From an archaeon (GTDB lineage Archaea; Iainarchaeota; Iainarchaeia; Iainarchaeales; CSSED10-239), in contig DAOPNM010000001.1 in assembly GCA_035357435.1 (NCBI GenBank), positions 8,448-40,447 on the forward strand: a DNA stretch of 32,000 nt, read 5' to 3'. The position numbers and the translations under genes are program-made. The notes under the pieces are model-generated. The model was not told the origin of the DNA. It searched no databases and was given only the letters and a program-made list of their open reading frames with translations. This document shows, piece by piece, positions 8,730-15,913 of this stretch (positions are counted from its first letter, which is position 1; every line of letters begins with the position of its first letter).

Positions 8730-11303
8730 AAGGTCACAAGAGCCAGTATACCCGCAATTTAATGAACATTGCGTACAGCCCCCAACTTTGACAATTGTCC
8801 CTTTTTTACAATTTGGACAAATATCTCCAACATTTGTGCCTATTTTTTGTTGTGGGGTATCTTTAGTTTGCGATTGTTCATTTATTGCCGTTATAGATTT
8901 TCTTTTTTTTGAAGATTCCTCATTTTTTTTTTCTTGCTCTTTGTTTAATGTTAATACTTGCGCATCTCTACTAGAGTCTCTATATACTGTAATCCCTTTA
9001 CATCCAAGATCATATGCTAGTTCATAAATTTTTTTTGTGTCTTCTATTGTGAAATTTGCAGGAACATTTACAGTCTTACTGATAGATGAATCTGTCCATC
9101 TTTGAATAGCTGCTTGCGTTTTTACATGTTGTTCAGGTGTTAAGTCCATTGCAGTAACAAAATAATCAGGAAGTTTATTGTTTTTTAAATAGTCTCCAAC
9201 AATAGGTACATTTTCTTCATAAAAACCTAATCTAGATTGTCTATAATATTTGAATGCATAGTATGGTTCAATACCTGTTGATGTGCCTAACATTGTACCA
9301 ACTGTACCTGTTGGTGCTTGTGTTACAAGGCACACATTCCTTATACCATTTTGTTTTATTTTCTCTCTTATTTCTTTTGGCATTTCCATCATAAATCCAC
9401 TTGCTAAAAATTTTTCTGCATCAAATTTAGGGAATACTCCTTTTTCTAATGCTAATTGTGAGGATGTAAAATACATTTCACAAGTGATTGTCATATATAG
9501 TTTATCAATAAATTTCATGCATTCTGGGGAACCATATTTTATTCTTAATTTAATTAATAGTTCTGCTAATCCTAATGTTCCACCACCAATTCTTCTTTCT
9601 GCTTTTTGCACTCTTTTGTTTTTTTCATAAAAATAAGGTGTAAGGTCTATTATGTTGTCTAAAAATCTAGTAAGGATCCTTGCAGAATATTTTAATCTAT
9701 CCCAGTTCATTTGATAAACTGGGCCTTCCTCATCTTCCCCTATTTTGTCTAAAAAAGATGAAAGATAAAGATGGCCTAAGTTACAAACACCCCATGGTGG
9801 CAATCCTTGTTCTCCACAAGGGTTTGTTGCAACAATTTTGTTGTAGTAATATGAATTACTTAATTTATTATATCTATCAATAAATACAACACCAGGTTCT
9901 GCACTTTCCCAAACAGAGGTAATTATTTTGTCCCATAATTCTCGTGCATTTATTGTTTTGTAAATTACTGTAGGGTATCCTTTACTCTTCCAAAGGTTTA
10001 AATCCCCATCCCATTCTTCATTATAGATGTCATAATATCTTTCATTTTCATAATCAGGAAATTCTAAATTCCAGATTTCATTGTTTTTTACTGCTTTCAT
10101 AAAAGCATCCGAAATCAATATGGAAATGTTTGCATTTTCTAAAATTCCAGAATTTTTTTTTGCAAATATAAATTCTAGAATATCTGGGTGCCAATCATTT
10201 AACATTAACATTAATGCACCTCTTCTAGACCCACCTTGTTCAATTAATCCTGCCATATAAGAATATAAATCCCCAAAAGATACTGCACCTGATGATCTTC
10301 CTTGAACAGTTTTTACAAATGCATATTTTGGTCTTAAAGAGGATAAGGAAAATCCACAACCTCCCCCTCTTGAAAATATTTCTGTCATATATTTTAGTTG
10401 ATCAATTATTCCTTCTCTTGAATCTTCAGGAGATGGTAGAACATAACAATTGTATAGTGTTAGTTTTGAAGTATACCCCAATTCACCAACATTTGCACCA
10501 GCCATTATTCTCCCAGCTGGTTGAATGTGTTGATTCTTTAGTTCACTATAAAATATTTCATACCATTTCTGTTTAAGATAATCTTCTTTTTCTACACTCG
10601 CAACAGCTTTTGCAACTCTTTTGTATGCACCATCTGCAGATTCAATTGGTTTTTCACATTTATATTTTTCTATTTCAAATTCAAAGTTGTTTGAAGGATC
10701 TGCATACGGTCCAGTTAACATATATAGTGTCAAAATGTTTTTTTCAGAAATTTTTTTTACAACACCAATATCTTTTCTTGGGAATTTAGGATCTTCTTTT
10801 GTAAGTGTAACTACAAGATCCCCTTCTTTTATATCGTCATGTGATGTTTTTAAAGAATATCTGTCTAAAAAAATTATTTTCCCTAAACCAGAAAATTGTT
10901 GTGAGTTGTTTAAAATATCTATGGCTTGTTTACTTGTATTAATACCTTTTTCTTTTAGTAATTTTATTTCAGGAGAGTCCTCTGTTTTTTGTGTTGTTTC
11001 TCTAAGTTTTCTTCTTTCTTCTCTGTATAATATATATTCTTTTGCAACATTTGGAAGGTTGCTGTTCATTAAAACAAATTCAATAACATCTTGAACATCT
11101 TCTACACTTGGAACTTCTCCTCTATATTTTGATTCTAATATAAGCACAACTTTTTCAACTAATGAATCTAAGAGCGATTCATTAACTTCATCAACAGCTT
11201 TCATTGCTTTATAAATTGCATCTCTTATTTTGTTTTTATTAAATTCAACAACTTCGCCAGTTCTTTTTTTTATATGCGTAATTTTAATTATTTTCGTAAG
11301 CAT
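8721..11303 (-). CDS. nrdJ: Ribonucleoside-triphosphate/diphosphate reductase, class II (adenosylcobalamin-dependent), with N-terminal ATP-cone and C-terminal Cys-rich zinc-ribbon tail
   Basis: ATP-cone (IKKRTGEVVEFNKNKIRDAIYKAM). Class I/II catalytic core motifs ATNPCGEQGLPPWGVCNLG and QAPTGTV. C-terminal CPNCKKGT...GGCTQCSLNCGYTGSC. 860 aa with no intein-like insertion seen. Confidence 0.9.
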   Translation of the reverse strand: MLTKIIKITHIKKRTGEVVEFNKNKIRDAIYKAMKAVDEVNESLLDSLVEKVVLILESKYRGEVPSVEDVQDVIEFVLMNSNLPNVAKEYILYREERRKLRETTQKTEDSPEIKLLKEKGINTSKQAIDILNNSQQFSGLGKIIFLDRYSLKTSHDDIKEGDLVVTLTKEDPKFPRKDIGVVKKISEKNILTLYMLTGPYADPSNNFEFEIEKYKCEKPIESADGAYKRVAKAVASVEKEDYLKQKWYEIFYSELKNQHIQPAGRIMAGANVGELGYTSKLTLYNCYVLPSPEDSREGIIDQLKYMTEIFSRGGGCGFSLSSLRPKYAFVKTVQGRSSGAVSFGDLYSYMAGLIEQGGSRRGALMLMLNDWHPDILEFIFAKKNSGILENANISILISDAFMKAVKNNEIWNLEFPDYENERYYDIYNEEWDGDLNLWKSKGYPTVIYKTINARELWDKIITSVWESAEPGVVFIDRYNKLSNSYYYNKIVATNPCGEQGLPPWGVCNLGHLYLSSFLDKIGEDEEGPVYQMNWDRLKYSARILTRFLDNIIDLTPYFYEKNKRVQKAERRIGGGTLGLAELLIKLRIKYGSPECMKFIDKLYMTITCEMYFTSSQLALEKGVFPKFDAEKFLASGFMMEMPKEIREKIKQNGIRNVCLVTQAPTGTVGTMLGTSTGIEPYYAFKYYRQSRLGFYEENVPIVGDYLKNNKLPDYFVTAMDLTPEQHVKTQAAIQRWTDSSISKTVNVPANFTIEDTKKIYELAYDLGCKGITVYRDSSRDAQVLTLNKEQEKKNEESSKKRKSITAINEQSQTKDTPQQKIGTNVGDICPNCKKGTIVKVGGCTQCSLNCGYTGSCDLHI

Positions 11304-11375
11304 GTTTTATCATTCTCCATTTATTAAATATTTATGACATGTAATTTAATTTATTTTATTAAATGTTTAATACCT

Positions 11376-11897
11376 TTAATATTCAATACCTTTTCTAGCA
11401 TGGGTTTCTGGAAAATAATGTTTAATTATTTTCATTTCTGTAACTAAGTCAGCTTTGTCAATTATTGCTTTTTTTGCATTTCTTCCTGTAAATATTAGTT
11501 CTATGTTTTTTTGTTTACATTTATTTATTATTTCATTAATTGTTTTTATTGAAGCAAGATTATAATAAATAACTATGTTTATTTCATCTAAAATTAATAT
11601 ATCAATTTTTTTGTTTGAATTTAATATTTTTAAAACAAAATCAATACCTTTTTTTGCTTGCTTTTTGTGTTCTGGCAAAATTTTTTTGTTAATAATAAAT
11701 TTTTTACAACCAAATTTTTTAAATAAAATATTCTTTTGCATTTTTAGAATTTTATCTTCTCCACTTTTTAGTTTGAAAAATTGAATGAATGCGATTTGCT
11801 TATCATACCCTGTTGCACGTATTGCCAAACCAATTGCACAGGTAGTTTTCCCTTTTCCATCTCCTGTATATATCTGAAATTTTGAATTTGGTTTCAT
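11376..11897 (-). CDS. cobA: Cob(I)alamin / cob(I)yrinic acid a,c-diamide adenosyltransferase (CobA/CobO/BtuR family)
   Basis: 173 aa. P-loop context IYTGDGKGKTTCAIGLAIRATG and Walker-B-like ILILDEIN. Size and layout are typical of the CobA/BtuR family. Confidence 0.85.
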   Translation of the reverse strand: MKPNSKFQIYTGDGKGKTTCAIGLAIRATGYDKQIAFIQFFKLKSGEDKILKMQKNILFKKFGCKKFIINKKILPEHKKQAKKGIDFVLKILNSNKKIDILILDEINIVIYYNLASIKTINEIINKCKQKNIELIFTGRNAKKAIIDKADLVTEMKIIKHYFPETHARKGIEY

Positions 11898-11910
11898 TTT
11901 TTTCTTTTTT

Positions 11911-11946
11911 TGTAAATATAAAATCTATATTAAATATAAAATCTAT
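11911..11946. repeat. Perfect 2 x 18-bp tandem duplication (TAAATATAAAATCTATAT)
   Basis: 11911-11928 is identical to 11929-11946. It lies 14-49 nt upstream of the cobA start in the cobA/xerA divergent spacer. The unit contains a TATA-like TTTATATTT on the minus strand. Confidence 0.95.
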
Positions 11947-12079
11947 ATAGTAGTATATAATTCTCTTTTTATATACTTTGATTCAATTTTATAATTTTTT
12001 AGATTGCTTTTTTTAACATACCAAAATATACATAAGTAAAATATAATATGTTTAAAAAACATTCGGCATAAATAAACAT

Positions 12080-12925
12080 ATGCAACAAAATAATTCAGAA
12101 CTTATAAAAAAATTTATTAATGAACTTAATATTGAAGGATATAGCCAAAAAACAATTGAAACATATTCAATGTATTTGAGATTGTTTGAAGAATTTATTA
12201 AAAAAGATTTAAAAGAAGTAATATCTGACGATATATTAAATTATTTATCATATATAAAAACTGAAAAGAAAGCAAGTTCTGCTACAATTAATTTAATTTT
12301 ATCTATTTTTAAACATTTTTATAATTCTTTTTTAAAAAGTGATTTAGATATAAATATAAAACTTCCAAAAATTCCAAAAAAGATTCCAATAGTTTTAACA
12401 TCAAAAGAAATTTCTCAACTTTTAGATGCTGTTGATAATGAAAGAGATAGATTAATTATTGAGTTTATTTATTCTACAGGTGTAAGAGTTTCAGAATGTA
12501 TTAATATGAAAATAAAGAATATTAATTTTGATGAGTTTACTGGGAATGTAATTAGCGGGAAAGGAAATAAAGATAGAATTATTATTATATCTAAAAAATG
12601 GGCAGAAGATTATAAAAGATATTTAGAAAAAAGAAATAAAAGAATAGATAGTGAATATTTGTTTACAAATAATATTGGCGGAAAATTATCACCAGATACA
12701 ATACAAAAATTTCTAAAAGGGTATGCAAAAAAAGCAAATTTAAATAAAAATGTTACACCACATACCTTACGGCATTCTTTTGCAACAAGCCTTTTGGAAC
12801 ATGAAGTTAATATAAGGTATATACAACAGTTATTAGGGCACGCTAATTTAAATACAACACAAATATATACAAAAGTTAATACTGATCAATTAAAAAAAAT
12901 AGAAAATCCATTAGATAAATTATAG
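12080..12925 (+). CDS. xerA: Tyrosine site-specific recombinase, XerA/XerC/XerD-like (phage-integrase family)
   Basis: N-terminal SAM-like core-binding domain (GYSQKTIETYSMYLRLFEEF). Catalytic signature residues are intact: STGVRVSE (Arg), HTLRHSFAT (His-x-x-Arg) and LGHANLNTTQIYT (His and the nucleophile Tyr). 281 aa. Confidence 0.85.
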   Translation: MQQNNSELIKKFINELNIEGYSQKTIETYSMYLRLFEEFIKKDLKEVISDDILNYLSYIKTEKKASSATINLILSIFKHFYNSFLKSDLDINIKLPKIPKKIPIVLTSKEISQLLDAVDNERDRLIIEFIYSTGVRVSECINMKIKNINFDEFTGNVISGKGNKDRIIIISKKWAEDYKRYLEKRNKRIDSEYLFTNNIGGKLSPDTIQKFLKGYAKKANLNKNVTPHTLRHSFATSLLEHEVNIRYIQQLLGHANLNTTQIYTKVNTDQLKKIENPLDKL

Positions 12926-12926
12926 T

Positions 12927-12946
12927 TAGACCCCGTACTTCTTGTA
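12927..12946. repeat. Left arm of a 20-bp imperfect inverted repeat (TAGACCCcgtACTTCTTGTA)
   Basis: It starts 2 nt after the xerA stop codon. The reverse complement of 13629-13648 matches at 17 of 20 positions, and the three mismatches are contiguous transitions. Confidence 0.75.
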
Positions 12947-13103
12947 ATATTTTGTGTTTTTGTTTTACTAAATATGATTTTTATAAATCTTATGAATGAT
13001 GAATAAGTGAACATAAATTACAATTTTGTTTAATTTACAAAATAAATAGGTTTATAAATACTTTGTATAACTTCTAATATATAATTTTATATTTAAAATA
13101 ATT

Positions 13104-13110
13104 AAGGAGG
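13104..13110 (+). promoter_or_regulatory. Shine-Dalgarno-like ribosome-binding site for the PRC-barrel gene
   Basis: AAGGAGG lies 8 nt upstream of ATG 13119. Confidence 0.5.
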
Positions 13111-13118
13111 AATAAAAG

Positions 13119-13475
13119 ATGACAATGAGAATATCTAAGTTGTTTGGTATGGATATATATCAGACAGACGCTACATATAGAGGAAAAGTACATGACCTTA
13201 TATTGAATTTAGAAGAGGGAAAAATTGAAACAATTACAACACAACCATTGAAAGTTAACTCAAAGGTAGAAGCAAAGAAGATTATAACAAATTATAGTAT
13301 ACCATATAGTAAAGTTATATCTGTTGATGATATTATTTTATTAAACTCAGGCAATATCCCAACAAAACAAACAAAACCTAAGCCAGAAGAAGAAGATGTC
13401 AGTGAAGAATCTAAAAGAGAAGCAAATATTAGAAAGAAATATATTGGTTATAAAAGATACGCACCAAGAAAATGA
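13119..13475 (+). CDS. PRC-barrel domain protein with a charged C-terminal tail
   Basis: The N-terminal pattern ISKLFGMDIYQTDATYRGKVHDLILNLEEGKIETI is typical of archaeal PRC-barrel proteins. 118 aa, preceded by a strong SD. Confidence 0.7.
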   Translation: MTMRISKLFGMDIYQTDATYRGKVHDLILNLEEGKIETITTQPLKVNSKVEAKKIITNYSIPYSKVISVDDIILLNSGNIPTKQTKPKPEEEDVSEESKREANIRKKYIGYKRYAPRK

Positions 13476-13496
13476 AAGAATAATTCTTTCATTTTT
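13474..13496 (+). terminator. Hairpin plus T-run terminator candidate
   Basis: GAAAGAAT-A-ATTCTTTC (13474-13490) is a perfect 8-bp dyad overlapping the TGA stop of the PRC-barrel gene. It is followed by ATTTTT. Confidence 0.45.
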
Positions 13497-13628
13497 CCTA
13501 ATTCTTTAATTTAAATTTTTATATCGTTTACTTATTTTATAATTTATTTAATTAAAAGATATATTTATAAATAAATACATACATAATATAATTATACATA
13601 AGCAAATTATAATTATAAATATAAATAA

Positions 13629-13648
13629 TACAAGAAGTGTAGGGTCTA
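13629..13648. repeat. Right arm of the 20-bp imperfect inverted repeat (TACAAGAAGTgtaGGGTCTA)
   Basis: Partner of 12927-12946. Its last base is the A of the ATG of ORF 13648-14265. Confidence 0.75.
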
Positions 13649-14265
13649 TGGTTAATAATAGTAAAAAAATAAAAGCTAATTTTGTAAAGTATAAGTTTAA
13701 ATTTAATAATGATGTTAATAGAGTGTCTTATTTATATCAAAAGGTGTTTAGATCTATTTATGGATATACACAAAATGTTACAAAGAGTGATAAAAAGGTA
13801 TATATTTACTATAGAAAAGGGGTAGTTAGTGATATACCATATATTAAACAAAACAAGAATACAATAATTTTACCAAAAGGTTATGAAAATAAGTTAATAG
13901 AATATTTTGAAACGGGTAAAAATCCTGCACATGATTGGAAAATAAAAGGAGATTGGGGTATTGAGTATTCTATAGATGAAATAGAGGTTGATAGTAATTC
14001 TGTAATTAAAAGTTTAGAAGATCATATTCAAAGTCTTCAAATTATTGATTCTAAGAACAATTATGCAAAATTAGTTTCTGAAATTAATAATCTTTTAGAT
14101 AATAATAGTTTAGATAATAATAATCAAGATTATATTAATTATATAAATGATACAATACAAGGAATTATTAATAATGAGTGGTTTAAAGAGACCTATACAA
14201 ATTCTGAAATTTTAAATGGATTTTATAATAATTATCAAAAATTTAAACAGAAATATAATTTATAA
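13648..14265 (+). CDS. Hypothetical protein (205 aa), N/K/Y-rich orphan
   Basis: Long ORF with no competing frame. The N-terminal half alternates beta/alpha-like segments (FVKYKFKF, VSYLYQKVFRSIYGY, KVYIYYRKG). The C-terminal half is Asn-rich and low-complexity. I recognise no family. Confidence 0.5.
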   Translation: MVNNSKKIKANFVKYKFKFNNDVNRVSYLYQKVFRSIYGYTQNVTKSDKKVYIYYRKGVVSDIPYIKQNKNTIILPKGYENKLIEYFETGKNPAHDWKIKGDWGIEYSIDEIEVDSNSVIKSLEDHIQSLQIIDSKNNYAKLVSEINNLLDNNSLDNNNQDYINYINDTIQGIINNEWFKETYTNSEILNGFYNNYQKFKQKYNL

Positions 14266-14275
14266 TTTGTGTTTT

Positions 14276-14815
14276 TTATTTTTCTTTTTCATTATTTGTG
14301 TTAATTATTATTATGTTTTTTTTCCATGTCCTTTTTTTTCCTGTGTTATTTATTTTAATTAAATTTATGTCTGTTAGTGTTTTTAAATAAGGATATAGAC
14401 TTTTATCATTTAGATATTCTACATTGAATTGTAATTTTATGTTATGCTTTATTTCATCCATATCTATCCAACGATCTGTAGGTATTGATTTTATTATATG
14501 TTCTGCTTGTGTATTTTCTTTTATTTTTAGTATATCCCATATTGTTGTAATGCCTTGTTGATTTATTTCAAAAGAATCTATTATTTTAGTATTGTCAATC
14601 TTTTCATAATTTTGGATTAATTGGTTTTCTTTTTGATTTAATAAATTTTCTTGTTGAGTGTTGTTTTTGTTTTCTATTGCTTGTGTTGTTTGTGTATAGT
14701 AATTTGTTGAATTAATGTGTTGGATTTTTATATTATTGTTATCATTCTGTTCTTCTTTATTTTTATTTTTAGTAAATATGTTTAATATATTCTTGAAAAA
14801 TACTTTAATTCCCAT
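14276..14815 (-). CDS. Hypothetical protein (179 aa); N/Q-rich N-terminal half, possible winged-helix C-terminal half
   Basis: Long ORF convergent with the previous gene (10-bp gap). The C-terminal segment RWIDMDEIKHNIKL...SLYPYLKTLTDINLIKINNTGKKRTWKK has a helix-helix-wing pattern. The fold assignment is an inference only. Confidence 0.5.
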   Translation of the reverse strand: MGIKVFFKNILNIFTKNKNKEEQNDNNNIKIQHINSTNYYTQTTQAIENKNNTQQENLLNQKENQLIQNYEKIDNTKIIDSFEINQQGITTIWDILKIKENTQAEHIIKSIPTDRWIDMDEIKHNIKLQFNVEYLNDKSLYPYLKTLTDINLIKINNTGKKRTWKKNIIIINTNNEKEK

Positions 14816-14824
14816 ATTATATAA

Positions 14825-14935
14825 GTAATTACCGTAGTTATTTTAAACCTATCTGTAATTACTGTTATAACAATTGGCCTTTTTTGGTAATTACTGTAAT
14901 TAAATTGGGTTTTTGTGTAGAGTATTAGTAATTAC
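14825..14935. promoter_or_regulatory. Array of four perfect GTAATTAC palindromes (plus one GTAATTA) around the promoter of ORF 14276-14815
   Basis: GTAATTAC occurs at 14825-14832, 14855-14862, 14887-14894 and 14928-14935, and GTAATTA at 14896-14902. A minus-strand TATA-like TTTAAAATA (14839-14847) sits between sites 1 and 2, about 28 nt from the ATG at 14815. Confidence 0.6.
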
Positions 14936-15031
14936 TTAATGTTTCTGTTTTTATTATATGGTATTATGTATATCTTGTTGTAATATTATTATTTTTTCAA
15001 TATTTTTTTAATTTTTTTGTATCTTTTGGTG

Positions 15032-15157
15032 TCATATAATAGTACAAAAGAAGTAATTTTTTTGTTTTATTTTAGGTAAAGTGGTGTTTTTTTGTTTTCT
15101 TTTGTATTTAATACCTTTTTTTGCCCCAATTTTTGTAATATCCCTTGTTTTTTTCAT
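15032..15157 (-). CDS. Possible small basic protein (41 aa, MKKTRDITKIGAKKGIKYKRKQKNTTLPKIKQKNYFFCTII)
   Basis: My own translation of an ATG-to-TGA frame that is below the ORF-track length cut-off. A TATA-like TAATAAATA lies about 20-28 nt upstream. No homology is recognised and it could be spurious. Confidence 0.2.
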   Translation of the reverse strand: MKKTRDITKIGAKKGIKYKRKQKNTTLPKIKQKNYFFCTII

Positions 15158-15178
15158 ATATTATAGTAAGTATTTATT

Positions 15179-15208
15179 AGATAATTGTGTCCAAGATTTC
15201 TTGTTTTT
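15179..15208. repeat. Copy D of the 30-bp intergenic element (AGATAATTGTGTCCAAGATTTCTTGTTTTT)
   Basis: Direct-orientation match to 6512-6541 at 25 of 30 positions. It lies 17 nt from the 3' end of tRNA-iMet. Confidence 0.6.
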
Positions 15209-15224
15209 AACCTAAAAATAGTAA

Positions 15225-15299
15225 TAGCGGGGGTTGGATTTGAACCAACGACCTTCGGGTTATGAGCCCGACGGGCACTCCAGGCTGCCCTACCCCGCT
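15225..15299 (-). tRNA. tRNA-Met (anticodon CAT), initiator type
   Basis: The minus strand folds by hand into a cloverleaf: AGCGGGG-TA-GGGC...GTCGGGCTCATAACCCGAA...GTTGGTTCAAATCCAAC-CCCCGCT-A. The A1:U72 pair and three consecutive G:C pairs closing the anticodon stem are archaeal initiator hallmarks. No CCA is encoded. Confidence 0.88.
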
Positions 15300-15346
15300 A
15301 TATTTTATTTATTTAATGTGTACAACATATTTTAAAGTGTATGTTT

Positions 15347-15913
15347 TTATTCACAGATATATCCTTTCTTGTTGTCATTTATTTGTTTAAGTAATGTTTC
15401 TAAATTTTTAATGTTTTTACTAGTTTCTTTTTTTTGTTTTTTTAGCTTTGTTATTATTTTTTTATCTTCTAGTTCTAATGGTTTGCCACAAGTTGGGCAT
15501 TTAAAATTATATTGTGCAGCAATTTCAAATGGCATATTTGAGCATTTATTTGGGCAAATAAAATAATCTCTATTTTGTTTTTCTAGAATTGTGTTTTCTA
15601 TTTGTTTATATTTTGTAAATTCGTGATCAAGTAGTTTTTCAACTAATTTTTTATATTGTATGTTCCACAGAAATTGATACATGTTTTTTTCATCCCTTTC
15701 TTTTTTATAACATGCAATTCCATAAAAATGTAGGCTATTTAATGCAGATCTAACATCTGTTATTTTTTCATCTAGTTTTTTGGATATTTCTTCTGGTGTT
15801 GTTGGTTTAGTATTCATTAGTTTTATAATGTCTACACCAACATTTCCTGCAATCTGCTTTATGTATGTGTTTGTAAAGTTATATTTTAATAATTCTTTTT
15901 TTAATTTATCCAT
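15347..15913 (-). CDS. tfe: Transcription factor E (TFE alpha, TFIIE-alpha homologue)
   Basis: N-terminal extended winged helix (TTPEEISKKLDEKITDVRSALNSLHFYGIACYKKERDEKNMYQFLW) followed by a zinc ribbon (CPNKCSNMPFEIAAQYNFKCPTCGKPL). 188 aa. Confidence 0.85.
   Translation of the reverse strand: MDKLKKELLKYNFTNTYIKQIAGNVGVDIIKLMNTKPTTPEEISKKLDEKITDVRSALNSLHFYGIACYKKERDEKNMYQFLWNIQYKKLVEKLLDHEFTKYKQIENTILEKQNRDYFICPNKCSNMPFEIAAQYNFKCPTCGKPLELEDKKIITKLKKQKKETSKNIKNLETLLKQINDNKKGYICE

Noticed and set aside
8721-11303. An intein or other insertion in the class II RNR gene, which is common in archaeal nrd genes.
   Set aside because: The 860-aa length is accounted for by the ATP-cone, the catalytic core and the Cys-rich tail. 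No Cys/Ser...His-Asn-Cys splice-junction block or homing-endonuclease motifs are seen.
12926-13118. An archaeal dif site (two roughly 11-bp inverted arms with a 6-bp spacer) next to the Xer-type recombinase, including the small dyad ATGTTTaaaAAACAT near 12050.
   Set aside because: No 11-6-11 structure is recognisable in either flanking spacer. The small dyad is A/T-only and too short.
14816-15030. A replication origin (ORB-like elements) at the GTAATTAC cluster.
   Set aside because: There is no orc1/cdc6 gene nearby. The repeats are short 8-bp palindromes rather than the 20-35 bp ORB or mini-ORB elements with G-strings. Their position around a TATA box fits an operator better.
11898-15299. 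A classical tRNA-targeted integrated element with att duplication of the tRNA-iMet 3' end.
   Set aside because: I looked for a partial copy of the tRNA-iMet sequence (for example GGGGGTTGGATTTGAACC or its complement) near 11.9-13.1 kb and found none. Only the non-tRNA 30-bp repeat near the tRNA has a second copy.
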